The notes below the pieces were generated by a model. The model was not told the origin of the DNA. It ran no database searches and saw nothing but the letters and a program-made list of their open reading frames with translations. This document shows positions 13,101 through 25,675 of a DNA stretch of 64,000 nucleotides, piece after piece. The first letter of the stretch is position 1. Each line of letters starts with the position of its first letter. Made by a program: the position numbers and the translations under genes. The stretch spans positions 99,262,001-99,326,000 of the forward strand of contig NC_042999.1 of NCBI RefSeq assembly GCF_006345805.1. Direction: 5' to 3'. Origin of the DNA: Octopus sinensis (Eukaryota).

Positions 13101-13330
13101 TTTGGAGGATCTTCTCTAGAACCATATGTCACCTGTTATCTCAGTCCCTTGGCATCTCCTCTGTGAAGTTCATGGTCCTAACAATAGCTGTCACCACTTT
13201 GTCCCATGTCTTCCTGGATTTGCCAATCCTACAAGCTCTGTCCTTAAGAGATTGGTACTCCATTATACAGCTCTCTTCAGTGTATGTTGGCAAGATATAC
13301 TTCTCTTCGATAAGGATTCAGTCAGAATAT
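13100..13330 (-). mobile_element. RTE LINE 3' coding fragment
   Basis: Minus translation ...ESCIMEYQSLKDRACRIGKSRKTWDKVVTAIVRTMNFTEEMPRD resembles the RTE C-terminal RGRPRKTW..VV motif. Confidence 0.6.
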
Positions 13331-14077
13331 TCTTATAATAATCAGTAGTCCTACTAGATAACTTATGAAGTTATCTATTAGATACCAATACATTGATTTT
13401 GTTTTACTTATAAATAACCAGAAACTGAACAAGTAGTTTATCATATGTAGTCATGTCAGTAACCAAGTCACAGTTGGTGTGAGGGAAATTTTGACACCTA
13501 ATAACACTGCATAACACGATTTTTGTCCTTGGGAAGCAACTTTTATTTTCTATTTGCTTACCCCTAGGAAGTATAAAAAATGGATTATATTTCCTCCAAA
13601 CTTTGTTACATTTATTCAAGCCCTAAAGAATCCCGCTCAACACAGGGCTACGATGCTCTACCACTACTCTTGCTCGTTTTTAGCGATGCACATTTTGTCA
13701 GCCACTAAGAGACATGCTCACATGGTTAAGGTCAAGCAAATTTATAGTATTGAGCAGAATATTTGCTATATCGGTATTTCTGCTTCAGCAACTCAGTGCT
13801 AAATTTGTCTGAAATGTAATGGAAAATAGGTCAGTTTCCAAACATTGATGTTCAGGACATAAATGTCAAGTTCGAAAAGATAATAGTCATTTCCTTTGAT
13901 TCCTAGATAGCGACAAATAGGAAATAACACTTACTAACCAAAGAAAAAATGAAAAATAATGACATCGGGGTGGGGCGGTGCATACCCTGCATGTAGATAT
14001 TTTTTTCACAAAATAGAGTGCGGCTTACAATGCATTGCTTATCCATGCTTTTTAACTGAACTGAATTAATTTTTTTT

Positions 14078-14565
14078 TAATGTATCACCATTATAGGTAT
14101 TTATACTCCGGTGAACTAAAGAAATCAACTTGTAAATAAACGAAACCCTCGAATCCATCAGTGTACACACACACACACAGTCACATAATTATATATGTAT
14201 GTATACACGCATGTCTACGTGCATAGGTACACCATGATCTATATACACGCAGACGAGGATCAATTCGTATGAAAAGGAAAGTGAACAAAATAATATGACC
14301 ATTTGCTTATCGGAAAATTTGTAAGTTTAAAAAATTTTTTTTTAAATTTCAAGAGTATCACCATTATAGCTATTTAGATACTCCGGGAAATATGTAAGTT
14401 CCATTTTAAAAAGATTTTTTTAATGTATTACCATTATAGATATTTAGGTACACCAGTGAAATTAGAAAATCAAGTCGTAAATAAACGAAACCCTCAAATC
14501 CATCACTGTACACACACATACACGCACACACACATGCACGCACACACACACACACACACACACAC

Positions 14566-14596
<31 letters not shown>

Positions 14597-14730
14597 GAGT
14601 CGCATATCTATGTATGTATTTATGTATGTAAGGACACACGTGTCTACGTGCATAGGTACACCATGGTCTATACACACGCAGACGAGGGTCGATTCATATG
14701 AAAAAGAAAGTGAACAAATTTGTAAGTTCG
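14078..14730. repeat. Diverged tandem duplication (~14078-14340 vs ~14420-14730)
   Basis: Shared blocks gtaaataaacgaaaccctc, gtctacgtgcataggtacaccatg and cacgcagacgagg in both copies. Confidence 0.75.
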
Positions 14731-15551
14731 ATCTCTTTTTAATGATAATCAAACCAAATGTTCGTCATTTTGAGCCACTCACCCATTGAGTATTTAAGCC
14801 AAATGTGGTGAAAATCCTTTCAGACATTTTCTTGTAATTTGCAAAAACACAGACAAACAGACCAAGATGAGTGATTGCAGTACCCTGCTTTCGCTTATGC
14901 GTGCAGAGTAAAAGTTAAAAAATATTGTTACACAGTGTAAAAAGTGTTTAAATGAAGTTAAAAGTCTTTGTGTGTTTTTGGAAGGTTAATATGCATCTTC
15001 CACTTTGCAAATATTTTTTGTTTCCATACGCTGTCTATGATGAAATCACTTGCCTGGCTAGTACATATCCAAAGTTTATCATATGTCTCCTTAGAAAGTA
15101 CTGCAAAAAAATAAATATGTTTCCCTCAAGGGGTTTGAATAACCTACCCATTTCCTACTTGAGAAATTCTTCACAAACTGTGTTATAGTTACATATGAAA
15201 ATTTAATACAACTTACGAGGAATACGATTGGCGCTATAATATCAAAACTTTTTCATTACCAAATTTATAATCAAAACCATAGATTGTATTTTTAGAATTC
15301 ATTTACAAAGTAAACAAGGATTTGGAAGGCATTTGTAAAATAAACAACTTTTCATTAATGAGGTATTTTTCAGAATATAATCTGACAAAATGAAGGTTTT
15401 CATTTAAATATCAGCATTTTTTCAAACGTAGTTTTATGAAGCAGCGATGAATACTGCTGGCTGACAGTAAAAATGTTTCAGAATTAAAATCATTTTATAA
15501 ATTACTTCATTGTACACATTATTCCTTTACACACACATACACACACACACG

Positions 15552-15967
15552 TGTATAGCGGCAGCCATTGCAATCTCCGAGACCGGAACGAGAGCTCACC
15601 TACATCCATTTGCCATGCGTGAAATCACAATGAGGCTCACGATGGCAAACCGTATATAAGGGCAAAACAGATTCATTCTCTCTCTCCGCTTCTACGCAGC
15701 AGCGCTTGCTGAGCACACTTCACTGGCTGGGCCTGTCTGCATGTTGTCTCTCCAGAGGCAATGTGCCCGCACTAATGGAGATACAACACTATGCACACAG
15801 CTCGAGATGGTTGCTGAGAGCAACACACTTCACCTGTTGTGTTGTAAAATTGCATTTGTACTTAAAGATTTCTTTCTTCGCCTGGCGGAGCCTGAACAAC
15901 ACGAAGAACACGATATAATGGGAGAAGGCGATATTTTCCCGACATCGTAAACCTTGCCTTCCATTAT
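15552..15967 (+). mobile_element. Probable solo LTR
   Basis: ~415-bp GC-richer island starting TGTA. TATA-like cgtatataag near 15651 followed by an Inr-like ttcattc. The end reads ccattata rather than -CA and no TSD is seen. Confidence 0.4.
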
Positions 15968-16016
15968 ATATATGTGTGTGTGTGTGTATATTATCCGAAA
16001 TGTACAATATTATATA

Positions 16017-16975
16017 TACATCACGGCTGATCTTACCAATTAGTTTCGCGCAATAAAAACAGCGGAGAGTCAGCTAACAATCTGATTATATAACCTTACA
16101 CTCATCAGAATTAGCCAATATGGAAGGGAATATGACGACTGCTCTCTATTGTTGGAGGTGAATTAGTACATCCGGTTTGCAGTTGCTGCGAAAAAGGGGG
16201 TGAAACAAAAAGGGCCAAGGGATTAGGTTAGAAGTTACGTCCCTTCGTTGAGTTAGCTGTAAAGCTGGTAAGAGCTATCTTGAAATGTTTGTGGAGAGGT
16301 GTGCATTATTAAGTGTGGTGCTCCTGTGGTGATGAGGTGCGTGATATGTGTGATGGTGTCATATGTATAATTTTCTCCAGGGGTGTAGGTGTAACGTCAG
16401 TGAACGTCTTCTCTGCACTTTTCGGGTGCAGTTGGTGCAATCACTTTCCGTTGCTTTAATATCCAGATTCCACCAGTCAGAAACAACAAGACGCAGACGT
16501 AAAAAATATATATCTACTTTATTCTCTTATGACAGTAACAAATAAGTGGTGTATCTAGTATCCCTTTGGTATGGATGTGTCAGAACTGAACTTTATCGCT
16601 GTAGAATTTACAGTGTTCAAATGCAAACGACACTGGTCAAGATGGCGTCCGAATAGGGAGAGAAAATGATGTGGTCGGCAACAAATGTCGGGGGAAACGA
16701 AGATAATACGCGTCTTCTTCTATGTAAAACCTGACTGCTGCTATCAAGTCCGGAGAGAGAATATTACACGTTTGATACCTTCGATAGCTGTGTCTCAAGT
16801 CACTGCCTACTGGACGCTGGTGGTCAACGTCCTACGCTCCCCTTGCCTCGCGGCTAAACTGCCACGTAGGCAAATGGTCCCTCTTCCGGTGGTGAAAGCA
16901 CCAACTCCGCACGCGCGAAACAGAAATGGACGGTGCGCGAGCGCGCACCGTTATATAGGATCACTACATAGGTAT
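16017..16975 (-). mobile_element. Non-coding GC-richer element ending in a hammerhead-like motif (PLE pLTR/retrozyme-like)
   Basis: HHR-like core at its minus-strand 3' end and an 8-bp GC hairpin (16931-16950) near its 5' end. No convincing ORF. Confidence 0.45.
16025..16116 (-). ncRNA. Type I hammerhead-like motif with enlarged helix II loop
   Basis: Minus: GGCTAATT-CTGATGA-GTGTAA-(~40 nt)-TTGCGC-GAAAC-TAATTG-GTA-AGATCAGCC. Helix II is 6 bp with 2 G:U, the triplet is GUA, helix I is imperfect. Confidence 0.55.
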
Positions 16976-17012
16976 ATATAACTGTGTTTTTTAGTCTGTT
17001 TTCTTTCTGTAT

Positions 17013-17994
17013 TGGTATGCCAAGTTCAAAAATGGAAATTTTGACCTCAAAGACGTACCTCGTTTTGGCCGTCCACTTGAGTTCGATGGAGAGCGATTAA
17101 ACCAAATTTTGCACGAAAATTCTCGTCAAACGACAAAGGAACTGGCACAGAAAATGGAATGCTCACACACTGCTATAGAGAAGCATCTGCACTCGATGGG
17201 AAAGGTTCAGAAGTATGGAACATGTGTTCCGCATGCTTTACGTGACAACAACAAAAATCAACGAGCCATAACTTCCACTGGTTTGCTTGCTCGTCACCGC
17301 TCAACTCATGGACACAAGTAATGATTTCTTTACCGAATCGTTACTGGCGACGAAAAATGGTGCCTGTACATCAATATGAAGCAGCGTAAGGAATGGCTTA
17401 GTCCCGGTAAACAAACGATACTGCGCGTGAAACAAGATCTTCATCCGCGTAAAACGATGTTGTGCGTATGGTGGGACTGGGAAGGGATTATCCATTACGC
17501 ATTGCTTGAACGGAACCAAACGGTCAACGCGGAACTCTATGTTCAACAGATGGAACGACTCAACACGGCTATTCAAGAGAAAAGAACTAATCGGCAGCAT
17601 GGAGTTCTTCTACTGCACCACAACGCCTGCACTCATATCGCCAATATGACCAAGGAAGCCATTCAAACGCATGGCTGGGAAGTGATGCCATTACTGCCGT
17701 ACTCTCCTGATTTGGCACCAATGGATTTCCACCTCATTCGATCTCTTTCAACTGCTATGCGCAGAGTTACGTTCAATACTGATACAGAAATGAGAGGTTG
17801 GTTGGATCATTTTTTCGAGTCGAAATCGGGTGATTTCTATCAACGAGGTATTGAAAATTTTGTTGAACGTTGGGAAAAAGTTGTAAACAACAAGGGCGAA
17901 TACATTATTGATTAATTAGGTGTTATTTTTATTAAACGTTTTAAAAAATTTAAATTAAAAAAAACCCAGCAGGAAGTTTGTTGCCAACCCAGTA
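17013..17994 (+). mobile_element. Mariner transposon, 5'-truncated, inactive transposase
   Basis: One frame from WYAKFKNGNFDLKD (17013) to 17915 with two adjacent stops. Motifs TGDEKW and YSPDLAP.DFHL. Second catalytic D is replaced (HHNA). Right TIR-like gtttgttgccaacccag|TA. Confidence 0.95.
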
Positions 17995-18004
17995 CCTATC
18001 TATC

Positions 18005-18061
<57 letters not shown>

Positions 18062-18065
<4 letters not shown>

Positions 18066-18217
18066 CCGGCCGCCAACACTTTTTTCTGCAAAATAGGGGT
18101 AGCTTTTCCTGTTTGCGTTTGAGAATTTAAAATCACTTCTTTAACTTTCTAAGACATTTCAACGCTTCTAAAGCAAACTTCGTTTGTTCGTTTACGTTCA
18201 TCGTAATTTGAATTTAA

Positions 18218-18218
<1 letters not shown>
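18062..18218 (+). repeat. Truncated copy of the TIR/tRNA element family seen at 54044-54583
   Basis: Begins with the tRNA 3'-end-like gccggccgc and continues to caacgcttctaaagcaaacttcgtttgtt...catcgtaattt. Confidence 0.6.
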
Positions 18219-18260
<42 letters not shown>

Positions 18261-19054
18261 ATATATATATATATATATATATCTATATATATATATATCT
18301 ATATATATATATCTATATATATATATTATATATATATTATATATATATATATATATATGTATATAAGTCCGTCTTTCTGCCTACACATAAAAATAAAAGT
18401 TAATAGATTTTTCTGGTATGTTGTGAAGAAAAGATAACCTATTTAGAATATATTTTTATCTATGTATGTACTCATATGTAAATTTATGTAGATTGCTCTA
18501 TGTGTATACAAACGATTGCAAGTGTAGTTTTTTATATGTAGACCTATATAGTAGACTTACTAACATGTTAAATTTGATAATATCTGCATTTATTGAAAAA
18601 TGATGAACATCTTTAATTGACTTTTGATTTTTATTGGGAGTGGGGGCCTCATCAGAGGTGTCAACATCTCTTCACAAATCCTAGAGAAACAAGCAGCCAA
18701 CGTGTTTACGTACACATTGAATCCAATAGTTCCAGAGAACTGGAGTTACCTGTTTGTATACTACAAGTGTTTTCCACAAACACACACACACACATATTTG
18801 TATATCATCGTCGTCATCATCATCATCATCATCATTTAATGTCCGTTTTCTATGTTTGCATGAGTTGGAAGGTTCCATAAGAGTCGTGCATTAAGACTCA
18901 ATGTCTGTTTTAGCATGACTTTCATGGCTGGATGAGAGCTCCTAATGCCAACCACACATATATAAATGCAAATATATAAATACAAATATACATATAAACA
19001 TACATATAAGTACATATATATGTTTGTGTGTGTTTGTGTATATCTTTCTTCTTT

Positions 19055-19440
19055 CTATATAAAAGTGAAGTTGTGTGTCTGTCTCCTACGATTTAGATTC
19101 CTTACTACTCCCACACTTTGCGGTGCAGTGTAACCAAAAGCGGGTATCTTATAGTCGTGATTCATATCAAGCCCTTCTGGGTATTAGCGCGCATCTACGA
19201 TGAGTCTACGATTGAAAAAAAAAATTACCATCATTTTTTCCCATTTTTAATGCTTTTTTCTATTATATAAGGGAAGTAACTCTCTAAATATGTATTATTA
19301 AATCTCACAACGTAAAAAGCTACAGTAACACCCCCCTTTGTGGTTAGCCATATTGAGATGGCTATTATACTTTACATCTCTAAAAATGCTTATATAGTTA
19401 TTTCCTTTACAAACCCGAGCAACGCCGGGCGATACTGCTA

Positions 19441-19445
<5 letters not shown>
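19055..19445 (-). mobile_element. Non-autonomous Helitron-like (HINE/DINE-type) element
   Basis: Minus 5' end ACTAGCAGTATCGCCCGGCGTTGCTCGGG (subterminal hairpin) and 3' end ...gacagacacacaacttcacttttatatag. Sits in (TA)n. Confidence 0.55.
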
Positions 19446-19487
<42 letters not shown>

Positions 19488-19801
19488 TATGTCCATATGT
19501 ATTATATAGGTATAGATATATAAATATTTAGATATATGTGAACAGACAAACGAAAGAAAGGCATTCAACACATTTATTAGAAGTTACATGTATGGATCAA
19601 ACAGTTTGATTCAAATTCCTTGGTACTTCAAGTTTCAAGTATGATGCTAGTCATCGGCCACTGGAATCAGAATTCTAATTTCAGTGGCTGAAGATTAACA
19701 TCTTGAAGCTTGAAGTACCAGGAAATTTTGAAACAAAACTGTTTGATCCATATATATTTAGATATGTAGATATAGATATTGATATTAAAAATCCCTGTCT
19801 A

Positions 19802-19858
<57 letters not shown>

Positions 19859-19867
19859 CTCACTCAC

Positions 19868-19910
<43 letters not shown>

Positions 19911-20241
19911 ATATATATATATATATGTACATACTAGCATTCCTACCCCACACAAATCACTTTAATCATTCAGTTCGTTGATTCCTTCAGTTTTGCTACA
20001 AAACGGCAGATAGTGAGGGCCCTGATGAAATTGCACCAGCCATGATGCTAGGTTGCATATCCAACAGTGTGCAGTCGCTGCAGCTGAAACATGTGTTGGT
20101 TACAAAAACATGTTGTAAATAACAGTTAAATAAAATTATGGATGCGAAAAATTTCCGTTCTAATTTTCATTATTAATACATATGCGCGCGCGGACACACA
20201 CATATACACACATATATATACAATATATGTATGTATATATA

Positions 20242-20342
<101 letters not shown>

Positions 20343-20368
20343 CGTATATATATATATATACGTATATA

Positions 20369-20401
<33 letters not shown>

Positions 20402-20434
20402 GTATATACATACATACATATATATGTATGTATA

Positions 20435-20469
<35 letters not shown>

Positions 20470-20602
20470 GTATGTATATACATACATATATATGTATATA
20501 TATATATATATATATAAAATTAATTAAGGGTAGAAATTGATATTTATCAATTAAGACCAGTGGTCTAGCATATTAAAAAAGAATCCGAAGATTAAAATAT
20601 TT

Positions 20603-20811
20603 ATATATACCAATTAAGGACTGAACACGAAAAGTGGACAGTCAACATGCTAGATATAGACGTCAAATCGCCATTCACCACAAAAGATATGTTCTCAGAT
20701 CAAACTCAACAGTTGAGTTTGATCTGAGAACATAATCTTTTGTGGTGAATGGTGATTTGACGTCTATATCTAGCATGTTGACTGTCCACTTTTCGTGTTC
20801 AGTCCTTATTG

Positions 20812-20818
<7 letters not shown>
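20603..20818. repeat. Near-perfect palindrome, ~108-bp arms, 1-nt spacer (centre 20711)
   Basis: ...cagatcaaactcaac-A-gttgagtttgatctg... The arms differ by about one substitution and two 1-nt indels. Confidence 0.95.
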
Positions 20819-20850
<32 letters not shown>

Positions 20851-21220
20851 TATATATATCATCGTCGTCATCTCTATGCTGGTACGGGTTAGAACGGGCT
20901 GATTAGAGAATGGTTTCTACAGCTGGATGTCCTTCCAAATGCCACCAACTTCAGGAGTGTAATGAGTGCTTTTACGTGCCACCAGCATGGGTGCCATTTA
21001 ATTGACAATGGCAATGACCACATTGATAGATGGGTGCCATTTACATGGCACTGGCAGCAACCACACTAACATACATACATACACACACACACAAATTGCA
21101 TGCTAATATTCAGTAGTAAACATTGACTCTCATCAATCAAACTCTCTTTCAGACCCCAATAGCCGAAGAATAGCTTGAAACTCAGAGTATCAAGGAGTCT
21201 GAATCAAACTGTTTTGATCT

Positions 21221-21460
21221 ATACTCTCTTTACTCCTTTACTTGTTTCAGTCATTCGACTGTGGCCATGCTGGAGCACCGCCTTTAGTCGAGCAAATCGA
21301 CCCCGGAACTTATTCTTTGTAAGCCTAGTACTTATTCTATTGGTCTTTTGCCGAACCGATAAGTTACGGGTGACATAAACACCCCAGCATCGGTTGTTAA
21401 GCAATGCTAGGGGGACAAACACAGACACACACATGCACACACACACACACACACACACAC

Positions 21461-21506
<46 letters not shown>

Positions 21507-21670
21507 CATATATACGATGGGCTTCTTTCAGTTTTCCATCTACAACGTCCACTCACAAGGCTTTGGTCAGTCCGAGGCTATAGTAGAAGACACTTGCCCA
21601 AGATGCCACGCAGTGGGACTGAACCCGGAACCATATGGTTGGTAAGCAAGCTACTTACCACACAGCCACT
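21221..21670 (-). mobile_element. Full tRNA-derived SINE (family A)
   Basis: Minus reads ggcgcaggagtggctgtgtggtaagtagc...gggttcagtccc, then an internal microsatellite, then the tail ending gactgaaacaagtaaagg. Confidence 0.9.
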
Positions 21671-21782
21671 CCTGCGCCTACGTTATACATGTAACTCCCA
21701 ATAAATGTTTGTTTACTCAGTCGTGCAATTGCTCCAAACTATGTTGAGCACAATTCACTAATGTCACATCAACAGTTTGCAA

Positions 21783-22087
21783 TGGAGAAACAACCATTAC
21801 CATACTCTCTGAGGAATATCCAAATACCTCCAAGGAAAATCAACTTAACGCGACTCACGGAGAAGACCGAAAGTGTCATCAAACGAATGCGCTGGAAAGC
21901 TTTCTTCTAAGAGGGCCCTTTCACTACTGCATCTAGAAATAAGTTTGATTTAAATTCCAAAATTGCCCCTTGCGTTTGAAAGACCTTGAGAACTGCAATA
22001 TTGACTTATGGAATATTCTAAAGAAGGTAAGATTTAGGCATTATTCTAACCTATTCCTTAAATCCTTAAATGACTATATGACCAGTA
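21783..22087 (+). mobile_element. Penelope-like element, N-terminal ORF fragment
   Basis: MEKQPLPYSLRNIQIPPRK...EKTESVIKRMRWKAFF, the same N-terminal signature as the PLE at 49400. Confidence 0.75.
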
Positions 22088-22091
22088 TTAA

Positions 22092-23410
22092 CCCTTCAAA
22101 CCCAATGAGTTTATTTTGGCATGACCTCCATCCTGAGCTCCCAGTGAAAATTTGCAAAAAAATCAGTTATAATTTATTTTTATTCATGTTCTAGCTTTTT
22201 GCTGTTATTTATAATAAATAAACAAATAAAATACCCATTTCATGTTGTTTATTTTATGTTCTTACTTCTACCTCCAAAACTGGACTTCAGCATGCCAGTC
22301 GCGCCAGCAGTTTTACTGTGGTACTCTGAATCACAAGAAATCTTTACAATAATTACGCAAGAAAGCTTTCCTTTTTGGGAAGGTCCTTATATGCAGTACT
22401 TGGATTTTGTCTACCTGTGATGTACTTTTCTAGGCACACTACACATCTATTATGTCCGTAATTATCTATGCGTTTGTGTTTGGATATATTTTCACCAATA
22501 ATAGTCGGCGATAATTGTCAACAAGTTCATGGCAGAGTTTTTCAACAAAGGCATGGAATGTAAGCACTCTTTTCCCCTGGGGATTGTGTGGCTTATAATA
22601 TCCCATGATAACATATGCATTGCACGTGGCCCACATAAAAAAAAAAAGTTCATAATAAGACGACATGGCCGTTTGTAATGACATCAGCTCCGATGCAGTT
22701 TGGTAAGTTGATAATTTTTATCGGCGCTACCCATGTATGCCTTTCAACTTTGGACAGCTTTTGGGCAAACCACAGGAAGTCCTCTGTGCTCTTTACTATC
22801 GTACTTTTGTACTTGCACTGGGGGATGGGTTATTAATGCAGAAGTTACAAAATAAATGGGCTTTTCGTTGCACCAAACAATTGCTGCTACAATTCCATTG
22901 AATAAGAGTTCCAATTTCCCCCTGCACATTTGATTTTTTGATTCGATGAGGCATTTTGGAAAAAGTTTTCAATTTGTAAGTGCCGTACCTACTAAGCAGA
23001 TTCCTCTGCTTTCCATCAAAAACTCACACAAATATACACTTGTGTAGAATCTGTCAGTAAACAGACAATAATATTGGTCACAAAACGGTTCCAACAAGGT
23101 TTCCAGTCACACTAAGGTTTTCAATTGTTTTGGCATCCTCCCTACATATATACTTCTGTATTTGAAATAAAGCCATTCTCACTATCACAAACAAAGAAGG
23201 TCTTGATACCCCACTTTATCGGTTTATTTTTGATAAACTGTTTTATAGATTGGGAATTTTTTGTCGGAATCATTCCCTCGTCAAGCGACAAATTGCTTCT
23301 CGGTGTGTAATGCAACTTGAAATTTTCTAACAAGTGAGTGAACACGGGCCTGGATCTGTAAATCTTGTCAGATTTGTTTTTACTGGGTCTAGCTCATTTA
23401 CACTATGTAG
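22092..23410 (-). mobile_element. piggyBac transposon remnant (3' TIR plus broken transposase)
   Basis: TTAA|CCCTT end at 22088-22096. Minus fragments LSLDEGMIP..KQFIKNKPIKWGIK..CDSENG, DRFYTSV and VWCNEKPIYFVTS match the piggyBac DDD domain. Confidence 0.9.
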
Positions 23411-23454
23411 CATAGATCATATTGCTAAAAATCTGTCTCTTGTAAAAACTTGTG

Positions 23455-24330
23455 CAAATGTAGGTGTAACCTTAGACCTGAACATGGGCAAATAACAACT
23501 CTACAGGAAGCCTAATGAAGAAATAGTATATATCTACAAGAGCCCAACCACCCCCACTATAATTAGAAACTTGGTTTCAGGCATTAGCAAACGGGTGTCT
23601 AAACTCTCAGCCAACATGGCGATCTTTAATAGGGCCGTCCCCACTACAGTGATGCTTTGGCTAGTAGCGGGTTTTCTGAGAAGCTCATGTATGTGGACGA
23701 ACCCCAAACCCCACTCATTACCCCAAAAGAATTAGTGCCTTCCTGTCGCTAAAGATTTCCCCAGAGGCTATAAGTATTACAAACTCTTCAACCCCCATAA
23801 TGTCAAGGTAAGCTAATCCTGCTTAGGCAGCATCGCATCTAACATCGCACGCATCAACAGATGTAGTAACGCACCCACGCAACCCCCAGCCCCGACCTGC
23901 AACTTCTGAAACCCTACCACCTGCCCTCTAGGAGGATCCCGCCTCTCAAGGTCTTTAATATGCAGAACCACCTTTTCACCATCTGATGGTATTACTAGGC
24001 GCTATATGGGCATGATATCCAATTACTTCAAGGGATGATACAAGCTCTTGCATTCATTTAGATCCAGGGACAGAGAACTTCACTTCTCTGTCGTGATTTC
24101 TCTAGAGACTTTGTGACCTTCAAGACGAAACACCCAGCATCAAGTGGACTATTATCGACAGAGCGCCACCATATTCACCCGTCCCCAAATTTCCAGCTGT
24201 GCCTCTGCAGAAAAACTGCATATCATCTACTAACATGCAGTATTCATCAACAAGAAATATGAGGCATCGTATTGCTGCCACCAGAGGTACACCCTTCTGG
24301 TAAATTTCAAGCCACTGGCCACCGACAACC
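23455..24330 (+). mobile_element. Penelope-like element, RT thumb plus GIY-YIG remnant
   Basis: VTLDL..YRKPNEEIVYI..NHPPTIIRNL; KLFNPHNVKVS; TCPLGG..SLI(C)RTTFSPSDGITRRYMG. Multiple stops and frameshifts. Confidence 0.8.
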
Positions 24331-24910
24331 TGGATATACATCCTTAGTACGAGCCACCCCTAGCACCACCTGCACCAAGGTCACTGTCACAAATTAACCC
24401 CATGTACAGCACTGCAAATCATCAATCCCCAACACTTATCTATGCTTGTCTACCCTCATACTCTCACCCCTTGTACATCACCCCTTGTGCATGATCATGC
24501 AAGAGTATGTGTGCACGCATGTGCGTGAGTATGCATATGCATCTGCTCAACGTGTGCATGCACACTGATGTGCGTGCACCCATATACATGTGCACCTGTG
24601 TGTGTGTACATGTGTGTGAGTATATATGTGTACACGTATGTGTGTATACGTATGCATGCATACATGCAAATAAATATATGGGCATATACATGTACATATA
24701 TACATATATACCCCCACATCTACTGTCCCTTCCTACTTCCCCCAACCACATGACCAATTCCTTGCACACCATTTGGTATATATATATATACACACATATA
24801 CCTACTTATGTATATGTATTAAATATATACTTTATGTTTAATACATATGCTTATATATATATTGTGTATTGTGTGTGTGCATGTGTGTGATGTGTGTGTG
24901 TATGTGCCTA

Positions 24911-25319
24911 TACTCTTTTACTCTTTTACTTGTTTCAGTCATTTGACTGCGGCCATGCTGAAGCACCGCCTTTAGTCGAGCAAAAATCGACCCTGGGACT
25001 TATTCTTTGTAAGTCCAGTACTTATTCTATCGGTCTCTTTTGCCGAACTGCTAAGTGAGGGGGACATAAACACACCAGCATCGGTTGTCAAGCAATGCTA
25101 GGTGGACAAACACAGACACACAAACATACACATATATATACATATACATATATACGACAAGCTTCTTTCAGTTTCCGTCTACCAAATCCACTCACAAGGC
25201 TTTGGTCGGCCCGGGGCTATAGCAGAAGACACTTGCCCAAGGTGCCACGCAGTGGGACTGAACCCGGAACCATGTGGTTGGTAAGCAAGCTACTTACCAC
25301 ACAGCCACTCCTGCGCCTA
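24911..25319 (-). mobile_element. Full tRNA-derived SINE (family A)
   Basis: Near-consensus copy with head ggcgcaggagtggctgtgtggtaag and tail ...aagtaaaagagtaaaagagta. Confidence 0.95.
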
Positions 25320-25486
25320 TGTAGATAAAGATTATATATATCCATATATATTCAATGAAATATTCAATTATTTTAATTTCTATTGTATCTGTATGTTACA
25401 TAATAATTATGATAAGACACCACTTAAGCCAAACGAAAATTCAACCTATAAATGAGGGTTTCTTGCTTCTAATTTAAAAATTTGTG

Positions 25487-25675
25487 CCAAGGCAGTGAGC
25501 TGGCTGAATCGTTTCTGCACCAGGCAAAACGCTGCTGAGGTCTTCTTTGTCTTTCATCCTGTTGGCGTTGGTAAAATAAGTGCCAGCTCAACACTGGGGT
25601 TGATGTAATTAACTTGCACAACATCCCCAATGTTGCTGGCCTTGATCCAAAATTTGAAATCAATATTAACATTTG
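25487..25675 (+). mobile_element. SINE family B, degenerate
   Basis: ggcagtgagctggctgaatcgtt...aataagtgccagctcaacactggggttgatgtaatt. Confidence 0.7.

Noticed and set aside
20700-20722. Idea that the palindrome centre is a hammerhead helix I with the core excised
   Set aside because: No core nucleotides remain. The pairing is fully explained by the palindrome itself.
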